NCBI GenBank assembly: GCA_964016885.1
Contig: CAXHJY010000554.1
Location: 1 to 64,000, forward strand
Source of the DNA: Eledone cirrhosa
Taxonomy: Eukaryota
Length of the DNA stretch: 64,000 nt
Direction of reading: 5' to 3'
Under the pieces are notes generated by a model that was given only the letters and a program-made list of their open reading frames with translations, did not search any database and was not told the DNA's origin. Position numbers and translations under genes: made by a program. Positions 19,601 to 32,787 of this stretch are shown here, one piece after another. Every line of letters begins with the position of its first letter. Positions within the stretch are counted from its first letter, which is position 1.

Positions 19601-20686
19601 TCCAATGCGTGCAGTGCTTTGGGACTGACAATCAGTCTGAAGAAGACTGTCGTCATGTACCAGCCTGCTCCAAATAAAGTTTTCAATGAACCCTCCATAT
19701 ACGGTCAAAAGCTAAAGGCTGCTGACACATTTGTGTATTTGGGGAGTACTCTGAATGTGACCTGCTCTCAGGATGCAGAAGTTGGTCTACGTGTTAATAA
19801 GGCAAGTGAGTCATTTGGAAGGCTCAACGACTGTCTTTGGTGCAGGCGAGGAATCACAATGAGGACCAAGGTGAGAGTGTATGCTGCATGTGTACTGTCA
19901 GCTTTGCTGTATGCATGTGAGACATGAGTTGCCTACAAATGGCATATCCACAGACTGGAACGGTTTCACCAGCAGTGTCTCAGAAAGATGCTCGGTATCA
20001 AGTGGCAGATGCATGAGTGATGTTGAGGTCCTTGAGAAAAGTGAGTGTCGGAGCATTGAGAGTATCATCCACCAACGGCGTTTGCGATAGACCAGACTCC
20101 TCTGCAGAATGGAGGATGATCGAATTCCAAAACAACTCTTGTATGGCGAGCTTTGTGAGGGTAAGAAACCACCTCACAAGCCAAAGCTCCAATTCAAGGA
20201 TTGTGTAAAGGAGTCATTGAAAAAGACTGGTTCGATGATGGCTGACTGGGAGATAGAAGCTCTTGAAAGAGAAACTTGGTGTGGAATGGTGAATGATGGG
20301 GGTCCATAATTTTGAGGACAGACGCATAGAGCACGAGAAGATCAAACACGATGTGCGTAAGCAATGCCCTGGTGTATCTCTCAAAACGATTGGTGTCTCC
20401 ATTGAATTGAAGTGCCCTGAGTGTGGAAAAATTTGCTTGAGAAAATCTGGTCTCAGGAGCCACAGTCGCAGCCATGTTCAAAGAGAACCAGTGAACTATG
20501 ATCTCCATGGTGTTGTGAGGGTTCACGGGCAACCTGATGCAGGACCTCAAGCCAGGGAGATCCATAGTTGTCGTCAGTGTGTGAAGGAGTGGAAGTCTCT
20601 AGCAGGCTTGAAAAGCCATATCCGAGCGTCCCACATCTGAATCTGACAAGCGATTGCAATACTTTGGCAGAGTTTGCAGCCATCAT
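16695..20686 (+). mobile_element. Near full-length decayed RTE/BovB-like LINE (5' UTR, APE-EN, RT, two C-terminal C2H2 fingers)
   Basis: LNIGCWNVRTL..RPERRSALV..ELDRY, GDFNARVG, TDHRLV, KSPGMDG, FVDLTKAFD, GVKQGD, LYADDC; CPECGKICLRKSGLRSHSRSH and CRQCVKEWKSLAGLKSHIRASH; several stops and frameshifts; ATATATTTATGTATGT at 16679-16694 and 20685-20700 may be a TSD, but the sequence is low-complexity. Confidence 0.9.
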
Positions 20687-20798
20687 ATATTTATGTATGT
20701 ATATATATTTATGTATGTATATATATATATTTATGTATGTATGTATATATATATATTTATTTATGTATGTATGTATATATATATATATATATATATTT

Positions 20799-21024
20799 GG
20801 AGGCACATGGCTTAGTGGTTAGAGCATTGGCCTTGCAATCGAAAGGTTGTGAGTTCAATTCTCAGACCGGGTGATGTGTTGTTTCCTTGAGCAGGACACT
20901 TTATTTCACATTGCTCCAGTTTACTCAGCTGTAGAAATGAGATGATAGGGACTGGGGTCCATATCATTCCACTGCAAAGTGGTCGTGGAGGTGCCACGGC
21001 AAAAAAGCACCCAGCACTCACTGT
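20799..21024 (+). mobile_element. tRNA-derived SINE (5' part), joined directly to an RTE fragment
   Basis: Pol III A-box-like TGGCTTAGTGG and B-box-like GAGTTCAATTC at tRNA-like spacing. Confidence 0.8.
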
Positions 21025-21029
21025 GTCCG

Positions 21030-23197
21030 TAATGATAATGGTGTACTTGCCCTCATTGATATTGATAAGAAGGTAGCTTGGAAGTGTCACTACGAGAGAC
21101 TACTAAATGAGGAGAATAAATGGGAAAAAGATAGTCTGCCCCAAATCGATCCAATAGAAGGACCAGCGGTGCAAGTTAAAAGTAGTATAATAAGTAAGGC
21201 AATCAAAGATATGAAGACAGGCAAGGCAGCTGGGCCTTTGGAGAAAGTTGCTGAGATGTTGAAAGCATCTGGAATGGTGGGACATACTATGGTCACCCAG
21301 ATAGTAAACCAAGTAATACAGAACGGGATCATACCAAAAGACTGGCGTAGCAGCATCATCATTAACTGCTTCAAGGGTAAAGGGGATGCTCTAGATAGGG
21401 GAAACTATAGAGGCATTAAGTTAGTTGACCAGGTCATGAAGGTCACAGAAAGAGTTATAGCGCAACTAATCAGAGAGCGAATTGATCTAGATGAAATGCA
21501 GTTTGGGTTTGTGTCAGGTAAAAGTACCACAGACGCTCTTTTCCTTGTACAACAACTACAGGAGAAGTACCTAGCTAAAAGTAAACCCCTCTACTTGGAG
21601 AAAGCCTTTGACAGAGTCGCCCGCTCTATTATCTGGTGGGCTCTTAGAAAACTAGGTGTAGATGAATGGCTTGTGAGAGCTATACACAAAAGAGTCTGTA
21701 TAAAGAAACAGTCAGTAAGGTTAGAATTAACAATGAATATAGTGAAGAATTTAGTGTAAAAGTTGGTGTTCATCAAGGCTCTATCCTTGATGTCCTTAGC
21801 CCCCTCCTATTTATTATTGCTCTTCAGGCTATAACAGAGGAGTTTAAGAGCGGCTGCCCATGGGAACTCCTATACGTAGATGATCTAACTCTCATAGCTG
21901 AATCTATGGCTGAACTAGAGAAGAAATTCCAAACATGGAAGCATGGCCTAGAATCAAAAGGCCTTAAAGTTAACTTGTCTAAGACTAAAGTTCTAGTTTG
22001 TAAAAAGGAAAATAGGGCACAGGAAAGGCATAGGTAGAAACTCCATTTTATGTCCCAAATGCAAACTATGGGTACATAAAAGATGTGTGGGATCACATGT
22101 AAACTATCTAAGAACGTAGATTTTATATGTGGCCGATGCTCAGGTGCAAAAGTAGCAAGTGCCCACAGGATACTAGCTCCTTCTATTGCTCAGATGGTTC
22201 TATAGAAATAGTGGACACTTTCCGTTACCTGGGTGACAAAATCAGCAGTGGTGGAGGGTGTTCTGAAAGTACAGTAGCCAGAGTCAGAACGGGATGGAAA
22301 AAGTTCAGAGAGCTTATACCGCTGTTGGCCACAAAAGGTTTCTCTCTAAAAATGAAAGTATGATGCCTGTATATGATCAGCAATGCTACATGGCAGTGAG
22401 ACATGGGCATTGTGTGCAGAGGACCTGCGCAGACTGGAAAGGAACGAAGCATGCATGCTCTGTTGGATATGTAATAGTGATATACGCGAACGGCAAAACA
22501 TAAATGAACTAAGTGAGAAATTAGGAATAAGAGGGATCAGATACTGTTTAGTTGAGAGAAGACTACGTTGGTATGGTCACGTGATGCGCATGAAAAACGA
22601 CAGCTGTATAAAAAAGTGCAGGGCGATGAAAATTGATTGAAGTTACGGAGTAGGTAGACCCAGAAACACCTGGGACGATTTGATAAATTCTGACCTTACA
22701 CACTTGCACCTCGCTAAGACAATGTCACTGGACCGAGATCTTTGGCGCCACGCAGTAATACAGAAGACCCGCCTTGCCTATATACAAAGCGAAACCGACA
22801 GTCAGTAAGCACTTCTTAACCAAATATACACCCCAATCCACTACCCCTACTCCATCCTCCTACTCCCACCAACACCACCCTTTCTCTGTAAAGTTGGTAC
22901 CACAACATCCAGTCCAAATTAATGAGATAATGGGTTCAAGATCAAGATCATGTAGGTGGCACGACAAATCAATACAAAGTCCACGCTGTAATATGGCCGT
23001 GTAGGTAACACAGTAAAAAGATCCCAGTTCTACACTGTAAATGTGGTTGGTGTTAGGAAGGACATCCAGCCGTAGAAAACCTGTCAGATAGTCCTATACG
23101 AGCAAGACACGGTCACCCGACCAACCTTACCTCAAATTGGGACAACTCCCATCTAACCCATGCTAGCGTGGAAGATAGACGTTAAACGATGATGATA
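21030..23197 (+). mobile_element. Older frameshifted RTE family A copy (RT to tail)
   Basis: ORF fragments 21169-22640 are homologous to 4484-6865; (GAT)n tail at about 23188. Confidence 0.88.
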
Positions 23198-23207
23198 TGT
23201 ATATTTA

Positions 23208-23286
<79 letters not shown>

Positions 23287-23322
23287 TTGTATATGTATAT
23301 ATATATATCATCATATGTATAT

Positions 23323-23611
23323 ATTGGCCTTGCAATCGAAAGGTTGTGAGTTCAATTCTCAGACCGGGTGATGTGTTGTTTCCTTGAGCAAGTCACTTTA
23401 TTTCACATTCCTCCAGTTTTCTCAGCTATAGAAATGAGATGATAGGGACTGGGGTCCCTATCATTCCACTGCAGAGTGGTCGTGGAGGTGCCACGGCAAA
23501 AAAGCACCCAGCCCACACTGTAAATGAGGTTGGTGTTAGGAAGGGCATCCAGCTGTAGAAATCAAGCCAGAATCAGTTCCCGTCCCACCCTTGCAAGCAG
23601 GGAAATGATGA
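23323..23611 (+). mobile_element. Second copy of the same SINE, lacking the A-box, with an RTE-like 3' tail
   Basis: Near-identical to 20826-21024, then CACACTGTAAATGAGGTTGGTGTTAGGAAGGGCATCCAGCTGTAGAAA and CGTCCCACCCTTGCAAGCAGGGAAATGATG. Confidence 0.8.
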
Positions 23612-23872
23612 AATAATATGTATACTAGCCGAATTACCTGCGCCTTGCTGAGTTTCACACATTTTTTTTGTAAGAAATGATGATTGATTTTAAATCAGTG
23701 ATATATTTTATGGAGAAAAACTCTGCATTTCAATATTACTCAATGTAAAATGTAATGCATGAAAAATGGAAAACATTATTTTTTGTAATAAATCAAATCA
23801 AAATTACATTATTAAATCTTATTCTTATTTTGTTTTTTGTAAATAATTTTTTTTAAAATATCAATTCAAAAC

Positions 23873-24137
23873 TTTTGTGAATAGGCATCATATCTTGTCA
23901 TTTACCTATGGTTTAAATTTCATATAAATCAAAGGGAAAACATTTTCAGTCGGAGTTTGAGCTCCTGGGGAACCCTAACAAGGGGTTTAACCCCCATTAG
24001 GGTGTCTTAATGTTATTGAAATTTGCTGAAGTTTTGTGAATAGGCATCATATCTTGTCCTTTACCTATGGTTTTAATTTCATATAAATCAAAGGGAAAAA
24101 ATTTTCAGCGGAGGCTTGTGCCACCGGGGAACCCTTT
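23873..24137. repeat. Imperfect direct duplication, period ~159 bp
   Basis: TTTTGTGAATAGGCATCATATCTTGTC...AAATCAAAGGGAAAA at 23873 and 24032. Confidence 0.85.
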
Positions 24138-24254
24138 GATTAAAATAAAATATACTTATGCAAGTACCCTGGGCAATGTATTTTCAGAATAGTTATGGTT
24201 ATGGGGGTCTATCGCCACTCTCTATCTTTGTATTTCATCTTTTATTTCTCATTC

Positions 24255-24340
24255 TATCTTCTGATGAAGGACTAGTGTTCGAAACATAGACTGTTTTCCT
24301 ACTATATCAAGAGTTAAACTAATATATTTCTGTGTTGTTC
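24255..24340 (+). mobile_element. Penelope-like remnant with a degenerate hammerhead-ribozyme core
   Basis: CTGATGA-AGGAC-TAGT-GTTC-GAAAC at 24261-24285; homologous copy at about 41885-41975. Confidence 0.5.
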
Positions 24341-24472
24341 CCATTTATTTTTTGCATATATATATTGTATTATATGAGGTAGATAACCAGTTAGGGTTTT
24401 GTAACTGGTAGATCTCGAAGTATCCTGAGGTAAGCACTCAACAACATTAGGTGGTCCAGTTGGAATATATGC

Positions 24473-24928
24473 AGTGAAGAATAAGTATGGAAAATGGGTT
24501 TTTACAACAATTTATTTGGAAGATTTCCAAATAAATTGTTGTAAAAACCCATTTTGATTACTTATTCTTCACTATATATATATATAGGAAAAGAGTCAGG
24601 ACCTCGACAGCTGAGCTCAGCCGTCGGGGTCCTGACTCTTTTCCTATTACCCACTCTACTACCCTAAGTATCAAGTACTCTGGTGCGTTATGATCCACCT
24701 GGTATCTTACCACACCTTCTTTGTTATATATATATATGTGTGTGTGTCAGGTTCAGTCGGGGGTAACCACAGTAAGGTACTCAATACATAGCAGAGTATA
24801 AATGTTTAATATAAAAATGGCTTCTACAGGACTAGAACTGTTTCATTCGAAGGAAATCATCATGGATTTCCTGATGATTTCCTTTGAATGAAACATTTCT
24901 AGTCCTGTAGAAGCCATTTTTATATTAA

Positions 24929-24929
<1 letters not shown>
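24473..24929. repeat. Three consecutive long palindromes (24473-24573, 24584-24647, 24805-24929)
   Basis: Arms are directly reverse-complementary, e.g. AAAATGGGTTTTTACAACAATTTATTTGGAA / TTCCAAATAAATTGTTGTAAAAACCCATTTT. Confidence 0.9.
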
Positions 24930-24972
<43 letters not shown>

Positions 24973-24974
<2 letters not shown>

Positions 24975-26512
24975 TCTTGGTGGAGCCTGACTCCCACATT
25001 GAATGGTTTCAGTTTAGCACCATTTATCCGAACACAAATACTTGGACATACATATAGAGACATCAGGGCAGCAAGATCCCATACTCCTGCAGAACCTTCC
25101 ACAGCAGGTCCCAAGGAACACAGTCATATGCCGTTTCAAGGTTTTCAAAACAAGAATATACCTCTTGGCAATATTCCCATGGTTTCTCGAAGACCTGCCA
25201 CAGTGTGAATATTTAATCAGCTGTGCTGCATCAGGGCAAAAATCGCACTGTTCTTCAGCTAGCTTGGACTCAACGATCTCTTTGCCAGACACTTTGCATA
25301 GACTTTATCGTGGAGGTTTAACAAGTAGATCCCTCTGTAATTGGAACAATCTCTCTTGTCTCATTTTTTGAAAATTGAGATTATCACTCCTGATTGCCAT
25401 TGTCTAGGTGCTTTCCAGAAATCCAGGCCACATGACACACATGAGTCAGCCAGAGAATACCTTCTCTATATAAAGCTTTTAACATCTCAGGCCAGATTTA
25501 ATCTTCCCCAGCAGCCTTGCCACATTTGAGCTCTTTAATTGCTCTTGTATCCTCAGCCTCCGAGAGATTAGTCACCGTTCCCAAATGCATCTTGTATACA
25601 TCAGAAGATGCTGTTGTGATTGCGTTTAGGAGATCAGCAAAGTATTCTCTCCACCTTGCAGAAGAGAGGAGAACCACAAATTATTTTCATGAATAGGATA
25701 AACATGAGCAGCCGGGTTGGAAGTGGTATCACGATTGGCAGGTGTAATATTTAGTCGGCTGGAATTTACAGACGACATGGTGTTACTTAACTCGATAGAA
25801 GGTGATCTCTGACTTGCACTTGATAGGTTTGATGCCGAGTGCTGCATTGCCGGAATGAAAATTCAGTGCTGCGAAAACTGAGATACTCGTACTTTGAAGG
25901 AAGCCTGCACATTGCAGTCTACATGAGAATGGAGTTCCACTGAAACAGGTGGAGAAGTTCAAGTATCTCAGGGCTGGGCTCACGACTGATGGAAGGCAGG
26001 AGGGGGAATTAAGTGCAAGAATTGTAGGAACAGGTACATTACTGCACCAGCTTTAGCATTCTGTAATCAGAAAAGTGAGGTAGGTGTAAAAGCCAAACTT
26101 GCTATCTTCAATTCGGTATTCGTACCAACTCTCATGAATCTTGAATAATGACCGAAATAATACGATCGGGAATACTAGCGGCCGAAATAGGGTTCCTCTG
26201 CAGGGTCTATAGAGTAACATTGCTTGATAGAGTGCGTAGCTCGGAGATCAGAGAGTCACTCCAGGTAGAGCTGTTACTTCTCCGAATTGAGAGATCACAA
26301 CTCTGATACTATGGGAATGTGCTTAGAATGTCTCAGAAATCACTGGACAGATTTTATGGGCAAAACCTACCGGCAGGAAACCCAGGGGTAGATCTAACTT
26401 GAAGATCCAGCCGGATCAGATGGAGACGATTGCTTCTGACAGGACCCGCTAGAAGGAGTGTTTGAGGACTCTAACCCCACGTCCCTCTCAGGAATAAGTG
26501 GGGGAAGAAAAA
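24973..26512. mobile_element. Decayed RTE-type LINE (family C) with an inverted 5' part (24973-~25660 minus; ~25675-26512 plus)
   Basis: The minus part runs RWREYF..GKAAGED..to GVRLHQ; the plus part resumes at IIFMN..LEFTDD..VEKFKYL and runs to the 3' end. Confidence 0.75.
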
Positions 26513-27040
26513 ATATATATATATATATATATATAGCGAGAGAAAGAGAGAGAGAGCATGGCTTTGTGATAAAGAAATTCGTAGTCATGGATTTGATAAA
26601 TGCCTTGTAAGTGAAGTTTGATAAACTCATTCTGCGAAATCCTGTCGCGTACGTGCGTGTTTACATTTACACCGCTTATAAAACCGGTGCTGGTGTTTAT
26701 GTCCCGTAATTTGAATATATACATAGATTATTACAATACCATTTCTTTTAGTTAGTGATTGGACTGCCGGCATGCTAGAACATATATATACTTTTTATTT
26801 TTTAACTCATTAAAACTGATAATGCATTTCATTGCAACTCAACGTTTCTAACGTGTATGTGTCCGTTTAGAGAAGATATTTAGTGTTTGATGGAGAGCTG
26901 CAAATGTATATTTCTTGGCGGGGTACTTGACTGAATAAATGCAGAGATGCGAAAAGCTCGGAGTAGCAACGAAGTGAATCATCAACTTTGAATGTTAACA
27001 CACACAGATATATATATATATATATCCATAGATACACACT

Positions 27041-27090
<50 letters not shown>

Positions 27091-27130
27091 TAGACATACG
27101 CACACACACATATGCGAGTTCTATTCTTGT

Positions 27131-27170
27131 CGCCATATTTCTGTTGAAATAAATTCCGGCGCCATTTTTT
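27131..27170 (+). promoter_or_regulatory. Two YY1-like motifs (CGCCATATTT, GGCGCCATTTT) ahead of the FLYWCH exon
   Basis: Match to the CGCCATNTT consensus in a local CpG-containing patch; function is inferred. Confidence 0.4.
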
Positions 27171-27422
27171 GGATTAAGTCGTCATGATTTTACACCCTAG
27201 AACTGTATTTACGACTTGCGCAGGATAAAAAAAATTATTATTATTATTATCATCAATTAGAAAACGATTGATTTCAGTGTCAATTTTTACTCATTTTATC
27301 TATGTAGTATATTCATTTTTTTTTTACTTTAAATTGACACTTTGTAATTTAAGAATCAATTTTAAAAATTCGGTCACTTTGTTTGATTACAAGCGGCCTA
27401 GGAAAAATATAGGGATTCGAGA

Positions 27423-27827
27423 ATGGAGCACAAACCATACAATGGGGTATGGATCCCTGTAACAGATGGTCACGATAAAGTAATGTATGAAGGATATATT
27501 TTCAATTATGAAAAAATGAGTAAAACTGATGAAGACACTCGCTTTTACTCGTGTTACAGAAAGAAATCGTTGCGTTGTAAAGCAAGATTGCACATTTGTA
27601 ACAACACAATAACAAAATTACATAAGAACCACAACCACACTGAGGATTCTTCGAACATTGATAAAAGTAATAAGTTCAGACTGGAAAGCGAGATGATACG
27701 AGCAACGGAATCACATTCGACAAGATTGTTACTTATCGCTAACAGCCTCAATTCAACAATATCTGTCCCAGAAAAACTGGCAATCACAAATTCTCCTGGA
27801 TGTATAAGACAAAGAAATATGAGCAAA
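27423..27827 (+). CDS. Coding exon 1: FLYWCH zinc-finger DNA-binding domain, phase-0 donor
   Basis: VMYEGYIF...RFYSC-x7-CKARL...HKNHNH fits the FLYWCH pattern (the W is replaced by Y); 135 codons end at AAA|GTAAGT (GT at 27828). Confidence 0.82.
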
Positions 27828-28203
27828 GTAAGTGTATATTCACGTGTGTATGTGAAAGCCTGTTTGTTTACATGTATTCAGTGAAGAATGAATCTAGTCA
27901 ACTGAATAACACAATTTAAACCTGGCGGCCCATAATTCACCAATCACACTTTTTCTTGGCACCGATTTTAGCTGTCATAAAGTCTCTTTCGAAAGTTTTT
28001 TTTTTTTTTTTTTTTTAAATATATTATGAAGGAGTGAAACTTGATATTATTGCAGATGTATCTCAATATTGTTTCTAGTAGTTACTGTTACTTTTGTTAA
28101 GTACCGATTGACGGCTCTCGCCTAAAATACGCATCTCACTCTTTGCTGTCTGCTAAAATCGGGGACGGTGAAGGATACGAAAGTTACTTTCAAAACCCTG
28201 ATT

Positions 28204-28350
28204 CAGGTATGGGTAACCCTTTTTTAGCAGTGAGTTGCATTAGATATGGTTCATCATAAGGTGAGCCGCACTACTAACAAAAATTAAGGGTAATTATTAA
28301 TAAGGCGTGCCATTCAGAAAACCAAACGGGCCGCAGTTTGCCCATGGTTG
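28204..28350. mobile_element. Short hAT-like MITE remnant
   Basis: CAGGTATGGGTAAC ... GGGCCGCAGTTTGCCCATGGTTG form imperfect terminal inverted repeats. Confidence 0.4.
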
Positions 28351-28677
28351 CAAATAGTGTATAGTTTTATTGTTTATTTTACATAAAAGATATTCCATAT
28401 CAAGAAGTGGAAAGTTATGGGACTGCCACTACGCTGACTACTACGTTCATACGACTGGATAGAGGCTATTTCTAAAAGTGTTTCCAGAAATCTCATTTAG
28501 ATCCAGAATCCTTCACGATAGACTCGTATACAATTAGTCCAAGCAACGTCAAAAATACGTTGATACATATCTTAGTGCTACCTATTACAAATAAATTAAA
28601 CAGTTTGTGAATTTTCTGTTGGGATAGCCACATAAAACCAGCAAAGTCAGGTAGCAGTGCATTTAAGTTCTTTTACT

Positions 28678-29242
28678 GTCAAGGGTGCGTATTGTCACCT
28701 CTCCTGTTCATAATCTTCATGAACAGTATTGACATGCACAGCTGACTGGAAGTGGTATCAAAACTGGTGGGTGTAGGATCAAACTCGCTAATTTCAATTT
28801 GGTGTTTGAGCTTATCCTCACCTATGGTCATGAATCTTGGGTAATGACTGAACGATTACAAGCAGCCAAATGGGGTTCCTCCAAAGGGTCTTTGGAGTAA
28901 TATTACTTGACAGGTTGCATAGCTTGGAGATCAAGGAGTCACTCCAGGTAGAGCTGCTATTTCTCTGAGTCGAGAGATCACAGTTCTAATACTATGAACA
29001 TGTGGTTAGAATGTCTCAGGAAAGAATTGCTGGGAAGATTTTACAGGCAAAGCCAACTGGTAGGACACTCAGTGATAGACCATGAGCAAGATATTTGGAT
29101 AACATCCATGAGCTTGGTTGGTCTCACTTGGGGATCCATCTGGATCAATTGGAGATAGTTGCTTCTGATAGGACATGCTGGAAGGCATGTCTGAGGATTC
29201 TGCCCCCACAAGACTTTTAGGAATAAGTGAACAAAAAAGAAT
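28678..29242 (+). mobile_element. Decayed 3' fragment of RTE family C
   Basis: QGCVLSPLLFIIFMN, LTYGHESW; 3' end similar to 26100-26510 and 37285-37435. Confidence 0.7.
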
Positions 29243-30317
29243 TGTTATATCCTAACTAGAACTTAGAAAAGCAGTTAATATCTTAACAAATAAAAGGGAT
29301 TTTGACACAGTGTAGTAAACTTACTAAAAGGGGTGTTGGGGTAAACAAAGAATTGGACAAGCCAATGTGGAATATTTAACTATCTTCCTCAAGAAGGATG
29401 CATGAAATGAAGGGGTTTTAGATACATTGTGCCCAAATAAAAGTGGTAATGTTTACAGTTAGAACATTTTTGATCATAGGTTTGCTCAACCAAAGACAGA
29501 CTTAAGAAAATTGTGGACAGAGGATGTATAATTATAAAATCTAGAAAGTTATTTCTATTTTTTAAAATTCAGAGCTTTTAATTGGCACCATATCATCTAG
29601 GTGCATAAGGTTGACAGAATAAGAATGTATTTGAGTTTGTTTGTCTCTCTCTGATATTATTAATAATGATTTAAGAATTAGGCACAAGGTCAACAATTTT
29701 TGGGGAGAGGAAAGTCAATTAAATCAACCTCAGTGCATTACTGGTACTTTATCTTATCAATCCCATAAGGATGAAAGCCAAAGCTAACCTAAGTGGGATT
29801 TGAACTCAAAGCATATTGTCAGATGCTCTATCAATACTGTCAATCCACTGTCCTAATAATAATAATAATAATAATAATAATATTTATATGGTGCCATAAA
29901 TCTATTACAATTTTAAAAGTTTCTTCACAATTCACGAGTTTCCATTGCTCCTGACAACCTCTTCTTGCTGTGATTGATGAATGTTCAAGCAGGTCTTTCT
30001 CTACTGCATCTCCTGTGAGTTGGTTCTCACAATAGTAACTTGTGTATAACTTCCTGCTTACTTCTCCAGCAATTTCTTGCAAATTGTAACTGTCTTTGAG
30101 CAATTGTAGTTGTTATCTTGGGCAGATTTCCATATAAATTTTCATTTGTAATAAGCATTAAATAAATAAATCATCTGTAAGGAGTGTATACAATATTTAC
30201 TTGCCTCCACAAATCAGGAACTACACCCATTATTATTTCCATCTACATATATACTATAAGAATACAATTATACTAATGTGTACTATTCACACTAGTATAT
30301 ATGAATGTACATATATA

Positions 30318-32062
30318 TCATCATCATCATTATACATCCTCTTTTCCATGCTTGCTTTCATTGGGCAGATTCTCTCCAGCATAACCGCCCTCGTACTTTT
30401 GTCATTTTTGTGAGGCTCAGTATCTTAAGATCAGCTTTAACCACCTCTGCCCAAGTCTTTCTAAGTCTTCCTCAATTGCAACTTCCTTCCACTGGCATCA
30501 CCTGGCACTTCGTCACCCAGTGTTCCTCATCTATATGTCCAAACCAGTGCTTCTCTCTTGCACACTATCTGATTCTTCTTATACCCAGCTTTTCTCTCAG
30601 TTCATCCATTCCTCATCATTCATGCACACTACTAACATTGCACATCCAATGAAGCATGTCACTTCATTTCTCTCCAGTCTCTGTATATCCTATGCATTTA
30701 TTGCTCATAAAGGAGAGAGGGAAGGACGACAGCTGTATAGACTTTTAATGTAATCTTGATACTGATGCCTTTCCTGTTCCATACTTTTTCCTTGAGTTTC
30801 CTTGAGTTTCCTTGGAGATCCTGTATTCTACTTCTTCGTCAATATTTGCTGTTTTAGAGAGAGTGCTACCTAGAAAAATGAATTTTCCAGTTTTTGTCCT
30901 TTTATGGTGAAGATGGATTCTTTGTAGAAGGTATCAGGTGAGAGTTGGTTCATCATTTTGGTTTTCTTGGTGCTTATAGTGAAACTAAAATCGTCACAGG
31001 CTTGAGAAAATAAATCCAAGCTTGCTTGCATAACACTTTCTGAGCTGACATAGAGGGCACAATTACTGGCAAACAAAATGTCTCAAGCTATGTCCTCCTC
31101 GGTATATGTCTTGTCCTTTAGTCTGTTCAGATTGAAGATGCCACCGCCATTAAATTTGTATGATACCTACACCTAGTGTTTCTGTAAGCATCAGAAAGCA
31201 TAGCAGAGAATACCATGCTGAAAAGCATAGGGGCTATAACACAGTCCTGTTTTACTCTGTTGGTAACTGGGAATGGTTCAGAAAACTCACCATCATCTTG
31301 TACACTTCCAATCATTCCTTCGTGTAACTGCCTGACTATTGAGATAAACTTATCTTGACACTCGGACTTGACCAAGCTATTCCAGAGACCTTTCATAGTG
31401 ACAATGTTTGACTTAGAATAAAAAAAGTCCATGGGTTCAATGGGCATCTGCAGAAAAAAACTCCTGTATCAACAGAATCAAAGATGTTTGCAGCACTGCA
31501 CTGTGGAACACATGCAGGAGACTGAATTAAGTGCACGAGCTGATGCAGTAATGCACCAGCTTCAGTAATCAGAAGAAGTGAGATAGGTGTAAAAGCCAAA
31601 CTCACTATCTTCAATTTGGTATTCGAGCCAATTCTTACCTATGGTCATGAATCTTGGGTATCAAGCGGCTGAAATGGAGTTCCTCCAAAGGGTCTTTGGA
31701 GTAATGTTACTCAATAGAGTTATCCAGGTTAAGCTGATACTTCTCCGAATTGAGATACTATGGGTATGTGGTTAGAATGTCTCAGGAAAGAATCGATGGA
31801 CAGCATTCTACACCATGAAACCCAGAAAGCTCCCAGACCTAACAATGTGCCCTTGGAATTCTTCTCACATGGTGGCCCTGAATTGAAGACCTTGTTAATG
31901 CTCCTGATACTGAAAATCTGGGAAGCTAATACTATCCCTGAGGATTTAAAAAAGGCCAACATTGTGACAATTTTCAAGAAAGGAGACCAATCATTCTGCA
32001 GAAACTCTCATAGCATCGCTGGCAAGATCTCCGCCCGAATCCTCTTGAATCGACTCCTCCCC
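30318..32062. mobile_element. Mosaic of decayed RTE fragments (family B 3' end minus, BovB-like RT minus and plus, family C plus)
   Basis: RVKQDCVIAPMLF and ISTKKT on minus; KAPRPNNVPLE..KISARILLNRL on plus; (CAT)n tail at 30318. Confidence 0.65.
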
Positions 32063-32787
32063 ATATATATATATATACAGAGAGAGAGAGATGTGAGTAT
32101 ATGTGTGTGTATTCAAAGCAAAAGCGTTTTTGTGGAGATGTGGAATGTTCTAGTTAACTGACTACTCAGTGATTTGACTTGACCACCTCCCTACTCACCA
32201 CCACCAGCACAGAGTTGGCTATCCACAGGTGTGAGCCTCGCGAGCTTGAATGGCTCTTCCAGCACGTCTCCCTCACCATCATCTGGGGGAACATCTCTAT
32301 TTTGTCCGCCGGGGTTGTAGGGAGGCCAGTGCGTGGACCCCCATTTGCTTGTAATAGTGAGAGATGGAGAGAGTGGGAGAGACGGAGGCAGTGACAGTGG
32401 GAGTTTGGTTCCATTGTGTTCAGACCTGGTGTATATGAATATATTTATTTACCACACCACATTAACAATAATTTCTCTGAAGACATAATCCAACGTTCTG
32501 ACTAGCTTAATGACGTCACTTGTTATATTTCTTGTAGTCAAGGTCCTGTTTGATGTAAACAGGATTTCATTGGATAGCTTATGATTGACGTCAATTGTTT
32601 TTATGAATCCTTGCTTTGAATGATAAACAGCCTTATTCATGTGCAAATAGAACGTTCAGGGTTTCGAATTCTGGGTTAAACCCATTACACACACACACAC
32701 ACATACATATATGTATGTGTGTGTATATATATATAGGTAAATTTACACAACTCCCTAATCGATTTCAGTGGGAAAAGAATTTCGTGA

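Noticed and set aside
20799-20875. Possible tRNA gene
   Set aside because: No clean acceptor stem, and it runs into a repeated SINE body
29840-32646. Minus-strand ORFs 29840-30103 and 32449-32646, faintly like decayed piggyBac transposase
   Set aside because: Similarity is too weak to call without a profile search
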